Positions 9,201 to 17,716 of a stretch of 64,000 nt of DNA are shown here, piece by piece; the first letter of the stretch is position 1, and each line of letters starts with the position of its first letter. Source of the stretch: Candidatus Poribacteria bacterium. GTDB lineage: Bacteria > Poribacteria > WGA-4E > WGA-3G. The stretch spans positions 299,968 through 363,967 of the forward strand of contig OZ219752.1 of the NCBI GenBank assembly GCA_964291315.2, given 5' to 3'. The notes below the pieces were generated by a model. It had not been told where the DNA came from, did not search any database, and was given only the letters and a program-made list of their open reading frames with translations. The position numbers and the translations under genes were made by a program.

Positions 9201-10084
9201 CTGGGGATGGTGCGTGTTCACAGGGAGGCCGAGCCGTCTCAGCCAATGCTCATCAGACGACTTGTTTAGCAGGTCATACATATTGGTCGTGTAATGCCCC
9301 ATCGGTCCTAATGCATAGCAAACATACTGCCCCCGTGGTCTGTCCTGCGGATAGTTGGACGGATTGTGGTGGCACGGTATCACATGCGGCGACGTGTCCA
9401 GCGGGTCATTCGTATTACACGTGTAACTCATCGTCAGCGTCGACACATTCAGCACATACCGCTCCGCCGCCGCCACCCCCTCCGCCGGAGGATCCGGTTG
9501 TTTGTCCTGCGGATAGTTGGACGGATTGTGGTGGCACGGTATCGCATGCGGCGACGTGTCCAGCGGGTCATTCGTATTACACGTGTAACTCATCATCAGC
9601 GTCGACGCATTCAGCACATACCGCTCCGCCGCCGCCACCCCCTCCGCCGGAGGATCCGGTTGTTTGTCCTGCGGATAGTTGGACGGATTGTGGTGGCACG
9701 GTATCACATGCGGCGACTTGTGCGGCGGGTCATTCGTATTATACGTGTAACTCATCGTCAGCGTCGACACATTCAGCACATACCGCTCCGCCGCCGCCAC
9801 CCCCTCCGCCGGAGGATCCGGTTGTTTGTCCTGCGGATAGTTGGACGGATTGTGGTGGAAAGGTGTCACATGCGGCGACTTGTGAAGCTGGGCACGAGTA
9901 TTATACATGTAACTCGTCAGCAGCTTCGGAACATTCGGAACATACCGCTCCCGAACCGGCCTGCCCTGCAAGTAGTTGGACAGATTGTAGTGGGACCGGA
10001 ACGGAGCATAAGGCGAAGTGTGGTAGAGGGCATACGTATTACACGTGCAATTCTTCGGCGCTTAAGAAACACTCCAAGCATTAG
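6206..10084 (+). CDS. Large secreted Cys/His-repeat protein (1292 aa) with an N-terminal coiled-coil/hydrophobic segment
   Basis: Sec-type signal ending LVLA, an Ala-rich hydrophobic stretch at about aa 82-114, and 14 H-x3-C-x2-GH-x-Y[WY]-x-C-x7-H units with Pro-rich linkers. Confidence 0.85.
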   Translation: MNRKYTVTVFLCGLFCLHTVALVLANNEERTQSQKDAESKYAQALDGYQDAQIARGNVKIDVRALEITRGLLQKEISDEKLAAYGTVLNTAVALLTGASAATIATRTAAAIVIGKSVSDMVRTIRDALKENKKATLHKLKQGMYNLETELIERTKVVQDEAADANSELDAWKAVEPGATYDKKPLDERYIDVETMHPDYTRTLPDPPTYRSDTTETIACPACRDQVKPPYLTKIVVLSPGLIMGIEKTVKRYRGHEVTCAETRHSTGKACDGEYYSCLSPYSSASIVCPNDADHRVVGTCGELKGSRFKKHEYAKGSPGNHGKKLKTCGSIGMRWEQSDGTVTRQVCKIKVFPCAPAHGRHNWDLVSFKKLSLNLGSGSNYICANSSCSMSGSSSSGDDEDDEDDTADNTQGGSEYGMGMDVRSINGSGSPNVPHREQVARALASRAWRALHWNHSVSLGISAAPEQTTSPLKLSYEHQRVCSEGHKYWLCDASQRLGHAQLVCSRSACGQAFTQCSNHSSACVGGWHTGGAGDFSETADALAVVCGNPHRRDGACAYGGQTPSVNAHRTTCLAGHTYWSCNAQAVLTHSKHTARLVTCGNSNAGEGACSQGRQAVSLNAHQTTCLAGHTYWSCNPVAKQTHSSHTASSGEGTDAPNTVPARAPAPTPARPPTGDGACGNSNAGAGACSVGGKAPSANAHRTTCLAGHTYWSCNAQAVITHSRHTAPLVACGNSNAGAGACSQGGRVVSLNAHQVRCLAGHTYWSCNPVAKQTHSSHTASSGESASLSKISSMLLLTGDGACGNSNAGDGACSAGGRAPSANAHQIRCLAGHTYWSCNAQAVVIHSRHTAPLVACGNSNAGAGACSAGGQAVSLNAHQARCLAGHTYWSCNPLAKQTHSSHTASSGEGTDAPHLAPVAPDPKPSRAPAPTPARPPTGDVACGNSNAGAGACSAGGRAPSANAHQVRCLAGHTYWSCNAQAVVRHSRHTAPLVACGNSNAGDGACSQGGRAVSANAHQTTCLAGHTYWSCNAPSVLMHSKHTAPVVCPADSWTDCGGTVSHAATCPAGHSYYTCNSSSASTHSAHTAPPPPPPPPEDPVVCPADSWTDCGGTVSHAATCPAGHSYYTCNSSSASTHSAHTAPPPPPPPPEDPVVCPADSWTDCGGTVSHAATCAAGHSYYTCNSSSASTHSAHTAPPPPPPPPEDPVVCPADSWTDCGGKVSHAATCEAGHEYYTCNSSAASEHSEHTAPEPACPASSWTDCSGTGTEHKAKCGRGHTYYTCNSSALKKHSKH
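7841..9334 (+). repeat. Eight ~53-aa type-A repeats (CGNSNAG..C...AH...CLAGHTYWSC...H..H), arranged as four alternating pairs
   Basis: Visible in DNA and protein; 159-nt period within pairs (8237 to 8396). Confidence 0.9.
9335..10081 (+). repeat. Four 54-aa type-B repeats (CPADSWTDC...H...C.AGHSYYTC...; first three followed by P8) plus one diverged terminal unit
   Basis: 162-nt period (9341, 9503, 9665, 9827). Confidence 0.9.
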
Positions 10085-10097
10085 GCGATTTCTTTGA

Positions 10098-10131
10098 GAA
10101 CAAAGCCTTGTTTTTCAGTAGGGCTTTGTTC
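10098..10131 (+). terminator. Stem-loop after the large gene (terminator or mRNA-stability hairpin)
   Basis: GAACAAAGCC...GGCTTTGTTC; no clear U-tract on the + strand. Confidence 0.45.
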
Positions 10132-10174
10132 AAAAGGAGGCAAAGCGAGTGCCTAATATTAAGGGGATGACGTA

Positions 10175-10879
10175 ATGTTGAGGCATCTATTATCAAACAA
10201 GCGGATTTTGGGTGTGGTTGTCTGTGCTTTAGTGCTGGTTGTTGCCGTCGTGGTGTATCAGGAAACGGTGAAACGGCAAGCTCACCGCGATATACAACGC
10301 ACTGAAAAGATCGTCAAAGAGAGGCAACGTCAGGAGACCGGCTCTCAGCCCACAGAGAATGGGCACTACCATTCGGATGGCACATATCACACAGGCTCAC
10401 ATGAAACACCGTCTGGCATGACTGCCCCGTCAAAAGAGGTTGAGAGGAGCGGTATAGCTCCTGAGAGTGTGATATGGACAGGCAAGCCGCTGCGTGAAGT
10501 GTCAGCACCCGATCCGCTGAGTCCTGCAGAGCGCAAGGCACGCAATGCGAAAATACAAGCACTCAATACTGAGATAAAGCAACTTGTGCGCGCAACGCGG
10601 GCACACATGCACAAGTATAATGAACAAGTTGACAAATATCCCAAAATCAGGCAAGAAATAAAGGCAATCTCGACAGAGTTGGACACTTTCCCCGCTGCAG
10701 AGGATCGCACTACGGAACAACAGACACGCTATGACACCCTTTTAAAACGGTATTTAGAATTGGAGAACCTTGCTGACGAAGTTCTCACTATCGCAAATGA
10801 AATGCGGGAAGAGAGCCGCCAGCTTCTTGAAAATCTCGATCCACTTGAAACGGAGCTGAGTGCGTTACGGCGCCAATAA
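10175..10879 (+). CDS. Paralog 6 of 7 (234 aa)
   Basis: Identical to paralog 3 from about codon 39 onward; N-terminus resembles paralog 4. Confidence 0.85.
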   Translation: MLRHLLSNKRILGVVVCALVLVVAVVVYQETVKRQAHRDIQRTEKIVKERQRQETGSQPTENGHYHSDGTYHTGSHETPSGMTAPSKEVERSGIAPESVIWTGKPLREVSAPDPLSPAERKARNAKIQALNTEIKQLVRATRAHMHKYNEQVDKYPKIRQEIKAISTELDTFPAAEDRTTEQQTRYDTLLKRYLELENLADEVLTIANEMREESRQLLENLDPLETELSALRRQ

Positions 10880-10977
10880 GGAGGGATGTTGATGAAACAC
10901 AGCCGTATTGTAGTTGAAATAATATTAGGTTTGATGTAGTCTATACTTCAGGAACTGAAAAGTAGGAGCATAACAAA

Positions 10978-11682
10978 GTGTTGAAGCGTCTATTATCAAA
11001 CAAGCGGATTTTGGGTGTGGTTGTCTGTGCTTTAGTGCTGGTTGTTGCCTTCGTGGTGTATCAGGGATCAATGAAACAGCAAGCTCACCGCGATATCCGA
11101 CGGACTGAAAAGAGCATCAAAGAGAGGCAACCTCGGGAGACTGGCTCTCGGTCTGCAGAGAGTGGGCACTACCATTCGGATGGGACATATCACACAGGCT
11201 CACATGAAACAACGTCTGGCACGACTGCTCCGTCAGCAGAGGGTAAGAGGAGCGGTATAGATCCTGAGCGTGTGATATGGACGGGCAAGCCGCTGCGTGA
11301 GGTGTCCGCACCCGATCCGCTGAGTCCAGCAGAGCGCAAGGCACGCAATGCGAAGATCCAAGCACTCAATACAGAGATCGAGCAACTCTGGCGCGTAATA
11401 GAGGCACAAACCGTCGAGTGGAATGAACACGTTGATAAATATCCTAAAATCAGCCGAGAAAGAAGAGCAATCTTAGCAGAGATGAACGCCCTCCCTACTG
11501 CACAGGATTGGACTGCGGAAGAACGAGCTCGCTACAACGCACTTTCAAAAAGGTTTGAAGAATTGGACGATCTAAGTGACAAAATTTTCTCTACCTCTGA
11601 TCGGATGCAGGAAGAGAATCGCCTGCTTCTTGAAAAGCGCGATGCCCTTGAAGCGGAGCTGAGTGCGTTACGGCGCCAATAA
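10978..11682 (+). CDS. Paralog 7 of 7 (234 aa)
   Basis: Same architecture; not followed by the stub. Confidence 0.85.
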   Translation: MLKRLLSNKRILGVVVCALVLVVAFVVYQGSMKQQAHRDIRRTEKSIKERQPRETGSRSAESGHYHSDGTYHTGSHETTSGTTAPSAEGKRSGIDPERVIWTGKPLREVSAPDPLSPAERKARNAKIQALNTEIEQLWRVIEAQTVEWNEHVDKYPKISRERRAILAEMNALPTAQDWTAEERARYNALSKRFEELDDLSDKIFSTSDRMQEENRLLLEKRDALEAELSALRRQ

Positions 11683-11739
11683 TAGTTGCGAACTACATCC
11701 TGATAACAACTATCTAATAACAAATTAAGGAGAATATCC

Positions 11740-12300
11740 ATGGCTAATCAAGACTTCAATCTCACTGGTGCTATTAAAGTACGACCGGCTGAAGAAACCG
11801 ATGCAGCTAATTTGCACATGTACTGCTTTCCTGAAAAAACCAAAAAGCAGGTCACTGAAGAGCTGAAAAACGATCTGAAAGCTGAAAATCAGACACACCG
11901 ACTTGTTGCTGAATCGAGTGGATACCCTATTGGGCAGGTCACTGTCAAGCAAAACGTTGGTAACCCCGAGATCGCACAGGTTGGGAATCTTGCTGTTGCA
12001 GGGCCTTTTCGGCACTTCGGGGTCGCTAATTACCTGATAGAGGCGGCTCAGGATGCTGCTGCAGCGAACGGTGTAAAATCGCTTCAAATAGAGTTATCCC
12101 CCTCCGATACGAGCGTTATTCAGCGGTATAAGGACTGGGGGTTCTCCGAAAAACCGGTCGTTGTTCTCGAAAAGATACTCGGTGAATCAGAACCGGAGGC
12201 AGAGGAAGGAATACAGGTAGAGGCAGACGACACCGACGAAGATGCCGAAGATGGAGCCTCAGCAGACGACGATGAACAACCCAGCCTGCTTGACTCCTAA
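11740..12300 (+). CDS. GNAT family N-acetyltransferase with an acidic tail
   Basis: VRPAEETD, LAVAGPFRHFGVANYLI (motif A) and YKDWGF. Confidence 0.8.
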   Translation: MANQDFNLTGAIKVRPAEETDAANLHMYCFPEKTKKQVTEELKNDLKAENQTHRLVAESSGYPIGQVTVKQNVGNPEIAQVGNLAVAGPFRHFGVANYLIEAAQDAAAANGVKSLQIELSPSDTSVIQRYKDWGFSEKPVVVLEKILGESEPEAEEGIQVEADDTDEDAEDGASADDDEQPSLLDS

Positions 12301-12315
12301 AAGGAGAATAGATTT

Positions 12316-13200
12316 ATGAACAGAATCTGGCTCCCGCTCCTCCTGGTCCTTTTTGTTGTCGGGTGCGGCACCCAAAACGAAAATCTTGCCAAGGGGAAGG
12401 AGTTGATTAAATCCGATAAACGCCGGAAAGAAGAACGGGCTGTTCGAGAATTTAAACTTGCACTCCAACAACCGATCGATAAGGCAGAATCACACTACCT
12501 GCTCGGACTTTACAATTCCCAGGAGTTTTACGAACCGAATACCGCCGACCGGGAAGCGGCCTCAATCGCTGCGCGCGGGGGACACATGTTCCTTGCATAT
12601 AAGGAAGAACCGCGTAAGTATCTTGAGATACTCATTTTTGAGACGCTTCGCGATGACGATCTAGATATTCAAAACGTCGCGCTCGATGCTTTAACGCGCA
12701 TATATAAAGAGGGCGATCGGAAACGACTGATCAGTCAACTTCAGAAGGCTATCAAATCCGGGGATAATCGCGATAGACACAGCGCACATTGGGTATTTGG
12801 ACACCTCGGTAAGGAAGACCCCGGGGTGCTTGTCCCCATTTTGTTAGAACTGCTTGATCACGGCCGCGAAGAAACCCGCTTGAATGCCGTTAAGGCCCTT
12901 GGCGACATCGGGAGCGAAGAAGCAATTCCTGCCCTCGCTGCCCTGATTGACTCCGGCGCTGCTAGATGGAAACGCGACCGGGAGAAACCTGAAGTTCGTC
13001 AACTCGCTGTAGAAGCCCTCGGCAAAATCGGTGGTGCTGCTGTCCCAGAACTCATCAAAATTGTAGAGAATAAGGGGTCTTCGCTACGTGTCGACGCTAT
13101 TCGCGCCTTAGCAACCCTCGGAGATGAAAAAGTCGTTGTGCCGCTCTTAGATGTTTTGAAAGAGCAGAGCAGCCGGGATGTGAGTATCCCCCTTAATTGA
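12316..13200 (+). CDS. HEAT/PBS-lyase repeat lipoprotein
   Basis: Lipobox-like VVGC; repeats RLNAVKALGDIG, RQLAVEALGKIG and RVDAIRALATLG. Confidence 0.8.
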   Translation: MNRIWLPLLLVLFVVGCGTQNENLAKGKELIKSDKRRKEERAVREFKLALQQPIDKAESHYLLGLYNSQEFYEPNTADREAASIAARGGHMFLAYKEEPRKYLEILIFETLRDDDLDIQNVALDALTRIYKEGDRKRLISQLQKAIKSGDNRDRHSAHWVFGHLGKEDPGVLVPILLELLDHGREETRLNAVKALGDIGSEEAIPALAALIDSGAARWKRDREKPEVRQLAVEALGKIGGAAVPELIKIVENKGSSLRVDAIRALATLGDEKVVVPLLDVLKEQSSRDVSIPLN

Positions 13201-13277
13201 AGGGACAGGCGTTATGGCACGCCCCGGGGCGCCTAATACCTTGATGAAACCTGCTATTCAATGGAAAGGACTGAAGT

Positions 13278-14729
13278 ATGGTAGGGAAAACAACACGCAT
13301 GAAACAAATCTGCCGCTTCGCGGTTATTGTGCCCTTTTTCGCGCTTGTACTCGGACTGGTACTCGGATGTGACAACCGGTATTCCGATGAACGTTTGAAA
13401 ATGGAGGTACAGCAGTTAGACAGTGACCTTATGAACCGTTGGGCAACAAGTGGTGTTATCGTTTTAAACACGACCCCCAACGGGCCGGCGAATAAGGCAC
13501 AACTTGAACCTGGAGAACTGATCTCCTATGTCATTGCGGAATATCCGGTCCAAAGCACAGACGACTTCAACAGGGCGCTCAAAAAAGCACTTGAGGGTGA
13601 TAACAACCTCATTCTCTATTTGAAAGGCAAGCCACCTATCCGTATTGCCCTTCGGAGACAAGGCGATAAGGTAGGCCTCAGCACTGAAGGAACGGGAACG
13701 GTGCGAGTCAAGGAAATTCAAGCTGGGACTCCTGCTGCAAATGCGGATATTCAGGTAGGCGATGTCGTTGAAAAAATTGTTGATGAGCGAAATATTTATG
13801 ACCTTGCGGATTACAAAAAGACCTTGGGGAAACTCTCCAAACACAAAATTACCTTCCGAACATCTGAATTAATAGGCGTGAAGATCGCTGCTGTGACGGC
13901 CCTTGGTGATTTGGGGGATGCCCGGGCGATTCAGCCGTTAATGGATCTCTTCAAAAATAGTGCAGAGTTCTCGGTTCGCAAAGCCGCCATCATCAGCCTG
14001 CAACGGCTCGTTGAATTAAGCATGCTGAACAACCTTTTCCACGAATTTCAACGGGCGAATGTGAATCAGCTCCCCGCTGATAGTATGCATGTGAGCCAAT
14101 TGGAATCTGCTGCTATCCTGGGCTTACTCACTGTTGATAGAGCCGGAAATACTGCTACACTCAAAGAGCCTTTCGGAACACAATTCAGACACAGGTCAGA
14201 AACACTCTATCGAGAAATCAACGGGGGACAGCTTGCTGAGATCGCGCAAGAATACATTCAGATGCATGTAGAGCCTGAACAAGAGATTCGGCGTGCGTGT
14301 CTCGCGATACTCGGAGTCCTCAAACCGGTTTCGGCAATTGAGGATCTCGTTGTTGTCCTCGAAAGCCCGTCAGAAATTCCCGGCATCCGTTTCCAAGCGG
14401 GACTTGCCCTCAGTCAGATTGGTGAGCCTGCTGTTGATGCGCTCATCGCGGTTTTTGAAAATAAAGATACCAGCACAAAAGATATCGCGGCTTCCGCCCT
14501 CGGCAGGATCGGTGGAACTAAGGCGCGAGATCGATTGATTGATGAGCTTGAGACAACTCATCAACCTGCGATTCGACTAACGCTTGTTGACGCGATTTCC
14601 AAAATCGGTGATGCCCCGTCTATACGGGCACTTGAACGCCAACGTGAACGATACCAACAGAATGCTGATCCTGGCCTGCGTATCTTTCTAGATGAGGTTT
14701 TTAGAAACTTAGCCAGTGGATCCATGTAA
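13278..14729 (+). CDS. PDZ-domain plus HEAT-repeat lipoprotein
   Basis: VLGC lipobox, two PDZ-like segments (GPANKAQLEPGELI, GTPAANADIQVGDVV) and C-terminal HEAT repeats. Confidence 0.75.
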   Translation: MVGKTTRMKQICRFAVIVPFFALVLGLVLGCDNRYSDERLKMEVQQLDSDLMNRWATSGVIVLNTTPNGPANKAQLEPGELISYVIAEYPVQSTDDFNRALKKALEGDNNLILYLKGKPPIRIALRRQGDKVGLSTEGTGTVRVKEIQAGTPAANADIQVGDVVEKIVDERNIYDLADYKKTLGKLSKHKITFRTSELIGVKIAAVTALGDLGDARAIQPLMDLFKNSAEFSVRKAAIISLQRLVELSMLNNLFHEFQRANVNQLPADSMHVSQLESAAILGLLTVDRAGNTATLKEPFGTQFRHRSETLYREINGGQLAEIAQEYIQMHVEPEQEIRRACLAILGVLKPVSAIEDLVVVLESPSEIPGIRFQAGLALSQIGEPAVDALIAVFENKDTSTKDIAASALGRIGGTKARDRLIDELETTHQPAIRLTLVDAISKIGDAPSIRALERQRERYQQNADPGLRIFLDEVFRNLASGSM

Positions 14730-14758
14730 ACCAATGCAGTCCTCACACAACGTGGACT

Positions 14759-15604
14759 GTGCTATGCATGAAAATTGGACTTATTTCAGATTTACACACT
14801 GACGTTACGTCTTTCAACAAAGCGCTTATCCCGTATCTCATTGATGCAGTAAATGCAGCGGAACTGGATGTTTTGGTGATGGCGGGCGATCTTGCGCGAC
14901 ATCTCGTCCAACTTTCTGAAACGCTCAACCTTTTTCACCTTGCAAATTTAGCGTGTGAAAAATTGTTTGTGCCCGGAAACCATGACATTTGGGCTATTGA
15001 GACGCCCGATGTGACAAGCGAGCAGAAATGTGACATTATTTCGAAACTCTGTTATGAGTGTGGGTTTCATCCGCTCATGCGTGAACCCTTCATCACTGAG
15101 AAGATCGCTTTCTGTGGAACTATCGGCTGGTACGATTACAGTTTCGCCCCCGAGGGTTATACCTTCTCGGATACACAATATGCGGAAAAGGAACTCATGG
15201 GGGCTGTTTGGAATGATAAACGATACGCGAGATGGTTGGATACCGATCGCGTTGTCGCTCAAGGTTTTGAAAATGCCCTTGAGGCGCAAATTGCTGATGT
15301 CCGAAACAGGGTAGCTTCTATCGTTGTAGTTACCCACCATGTCCCGTTTCGTGAGTGCATCCAATACCGGGGCGAATTACCTTGGGATTTCTTCCGCGCC
15401 TTCATGGGCAGTGAAGGTCTCGGGGCTTGCTGCTTGCGAGAGCCTCGCGTCACGCACACACTTTTCGGGCATAGCCACCGCTCGGTTGATATGCAACTTC
15501 GTAACGTTCGTGCTATCTGTGCCCCTATCGGCTACCTCTATCAAGAACCTAAGCTTGGATTGAAAGCATACGCCTCACAATGTTTGACCTGTTTCAACGT
15601 ATAA
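14759..15604 (+). CDS. Calcineurin-like metallophosphoesterase
   Basis: SDLH, AGD, PGNHD, THH and GHSH motifs. Confidence 0.9.
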   Translation: MLCMKIGLISDLHTDVTSFNKALIPYLIDAVNAAELDVLVMAGDLARHLVQLSETLNLFHLANLACEKLFVPGNHDIWAIETPDVTSEQKCDIISKLCYECGFHPLMREPFITEKIAFCGTIGWYDYSFAPEGYTFSDTQYAEKELMGAVWNDKRYARWLDTDRVVAQGFENALEAQIADVRNRVASIVVVTHHVPFRECIQYRGELPWDFFRAFMGSEGLGACCLREPRVTHTLFGHSHRSVDMQLRNVRAICAPIGYLYQEPKLGLKAYASQCLTCFNV

Positions 15605-15634
15605 TGCAATTCCAAAGATAGAAAGGAAACCACT

Positions 15635-15994
15635 GTGGAGATAACGCTAACTAACAGTAATGACACTGGTGCCCTCGAATTTCCATGGGGGGCAATTAAA
15701 TGGCTCTGCAACGATCAAATAGACTCGAATGCTGAGATGACGTTCGGGGTTGTCTATATTAATGTTGGTGAAAGCAATCCTGTCCACTACCATCCGAACT
15801 GTGAGGAGCTCATTTATGTCCTCTCTGGTGAATGCGATCACAGTTTGGGCGATGAGCTCATCCGTCTCAAACCTGGCATGATGTTGCGTATACCGCGGAA
15901 TGTCAAACACAATGCGGTCAACATAGGCTGGCAGCCTGTGACAATGATTATCTGTTATTCGGATGCCGACAGGCAGAGCGTATTTGAGGAATAG
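15635..15994 (+). CDS. Cupin domain protein
   Basis: HYHPNCEE...H cupin metal motif. Confidence 0.85.
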   Translation: MEITLTNSNDTGALEFPWGAIKWLCNDQIDSNAEMTFGVVYINVGESNPVHYHPNCEELIYVLSGECDHSLGDELIRLKPGMMLRIPRNVKHNAVNIGWQPVTMIICYSDADRQSVFEE

Positions 15995-16080
15995 GAGCCT
16001 TGATTTGTAGGTGGGATTTCCAAATCTCGACCTTATCCGATATACGATACGTCCATTCTCCTAAAAGGAGTTACTGTACA

Positions 16081-16770
16081 ATGTCCAAAGAATCATCTTG
16101 CAGTGTTAAGATCTGCGGTATTACCTCTATCCATGATGCTCGACTTGCTGCTGACGCAGGTGCAAACTATATCGGTGTGTTAGTTGATGTTGCTGTATCA
16201 GAACGGACTCGTTCTGTGCTCCAAGCGTCTGAAATCAGAAGGGCGAGCCCGATCGCTGCCGTAATTTTACTGTACAACCGCACAACAGCCGATATCCAAC
16301 AGATAGTGGCACAAGTTCAACCGTTTGCTCTACAACTCCTCGGTCAGGAGCCGCCGCAACAGGTTGCGGAACTTAAAGAGACTGTGTCGTGCCAGCTTTG
16401 GAAGTCTATTTATCTGCCTGCCGGGAGCCCCGAAAACGTAGATATGTCGGCCGTCAGAGCGGAGATGCAAACCTACCGGGACGCTGGTGCGGATTTCTTG
16501 CTCTTTGATAGCGTTGATATGAGTCTGGAGAAACCCAGATACGGCGGTACAGGCAAAACTTGCGATTGGAATGTTGCTGCTGAACTTATTTCAGATAGTC
16601 CCCTGCCGGTATTTTTCGCGGGTGGGATTCGACCAGAGAATGTTAAAGCTGCTATTGAGACAATCCATCCACACGGTATTGACCTCTGTTCTGGCGTTGA
16701 GGCATCAAAGGGGATCAAAGATCCACGTAAACTTGGACAACTCATGGCACAGGTTAAACAAGCGTATTAA
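16081..16770 (+). CDS. trpF: Phosphoribosylanthranilate isomerase
   Basis: VKICGIT, GGTGKTCDW, FAGGIRPENV and DLCSGVE; RBS precedes the ATG at 16081. Confidence 0.92.
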   Translation: MSKESSCSVKICGITSIHDARLAADAGANYIGVLVDVAVSERTRSVLQASEIRRASPIAAVILLYNRTTADIQQIVAQVQPFALQLLGQEPPQQVAELKETVSCQLWKSIYLPAGSPENVDMSAVRAEMQTYRDAGADFLLFDSVDMSLEKPRYGGTGKTCDWNVAAELISDSPLPVFFAGGIRPENVKAAIETIHPHGIDLCSGVEASKGIKDPRKLGQLMAQVKQAY

Positions 16771-16881
16771 AAAATATCAGTCGCCGGTTCCCGGTTGTAG
16801 GTGAGGGGCATCCTGGTGGAACGCCCGCTTAACCGGCAGCTGATGACAGATGATTGGTAACCATGTAAAAAGGAGCCTATT

Positions 16882-17622
16882 ATGAATAACGGGTTGATCT
16901 GCCGAGTACGACAGGCGTTCGGCACTCTTTTTCGGCTAACCGCTGTTTTTCTATTAATGTCTATGGTATCCATTGCTGATTTTTCTACGGCTTTCGGTGA
17001 TAGTCATGAAGCTGCAGGTGAAAAATTGGAAGAAAAACCGGGTATCTCAGGGTGGTTCCAGCTTGATGTTGATAGTCGCGGCACCTATTTTTTGGTTGGT
17101 GCCAGCCATCCCCTCGGCGGTGTGTCCCTTGATTCTAATATCTATATTAACGATCATTTCGGTGAATTTGATATCGGGTTCTCGTTCCCTGTTATAAAGA
17201 ACGATAATGCGACACTCATACTGCTCCCGATGCTCGGCGTTGGGTTTGATTACACCGCGGCAGATGCTCCGAATGCCCTATTTCCACAAATATTTGTTTT
17301 TTTACCTGCTGGTAAAATTTATGGGTTTCATTGGACCATTGGCACAGTCAAAACTATATTTGATGAGGAAGTCCTTAATGAACTCTACAATAGGACTTAT
17401 TTTACCTATGCCCTTAATGATACGCTCGCTATCGGTCCACAGTTTGAATCTGTGATGGGTTTTGGTGGTGATGACAGGCTCTGGGCTCTCAATTTCGGGG
17501 CTCGCCTAAATATTGGTTACGGTAAGCACAACACGCTCGGTCTATACGTTGGCTATGAAACTCAAAAAGAGGATGGAGAAACCGGACTGACCGGTAGAAT
17601 GAATTTTACTCGGCGCTGGTAG
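16882..17622 (+). CDS. Putative outer-membrane beta-barrel protein, paralog of 19529-20248
   Basis: Signal peptide, amphipathic beta-strand pattern and C-terminal TGRMNFTRRW. Confidence 0.6.
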   Translation: MNNGLICRVRQAFGTLFRLTAVFLLMSMVSIADFSTAFGDSHEAAGEKLEEKPGISGWFQLDVDSRGTYFLVGASHPLGGVSLDSNIYINDHFGEFDIGFSFPVIKNDNATLILLPMLGVGFDYTAADAPNALFPQIFVFLPAGKIYGFHWTIGTVKTIFDEEVLNELYNRTYFTYALNDTLAIGPQFESVMGFGGDDRLWALNFGARLNIGYGKHNTLGLYVGYETQKEDGETGLTGRMNFTRRW

Positions 17623-17716
17623 GGTAGCTTTCTCTATCGATCCATAGGTGTGCTTCAAACGGATCAGAGGCACGTCTTTTAAAACCTGTGTAATCCGTGC
17701 TTCAGATGTCGGGTAT

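Noticed and set aside
7635-10081. Multiheme cytochrome interpretation of the Cys/His repeats
   Set aside because: The motif is C-x2-GH, not CxxCH.
9195-10097. 258-aa minus and 243-aa Arg-rich plus alternative-frame ORFs
   Set aside because: They arise from the stop-poor 162-nt repeat of the real gene.
2271-11682. Diversity-generating retroelement as the source of paralog variation
   Set aside because: No reverse transcriptase in the window, no short TR/VR pair, and the differences are block-like and not restricted to adenines.
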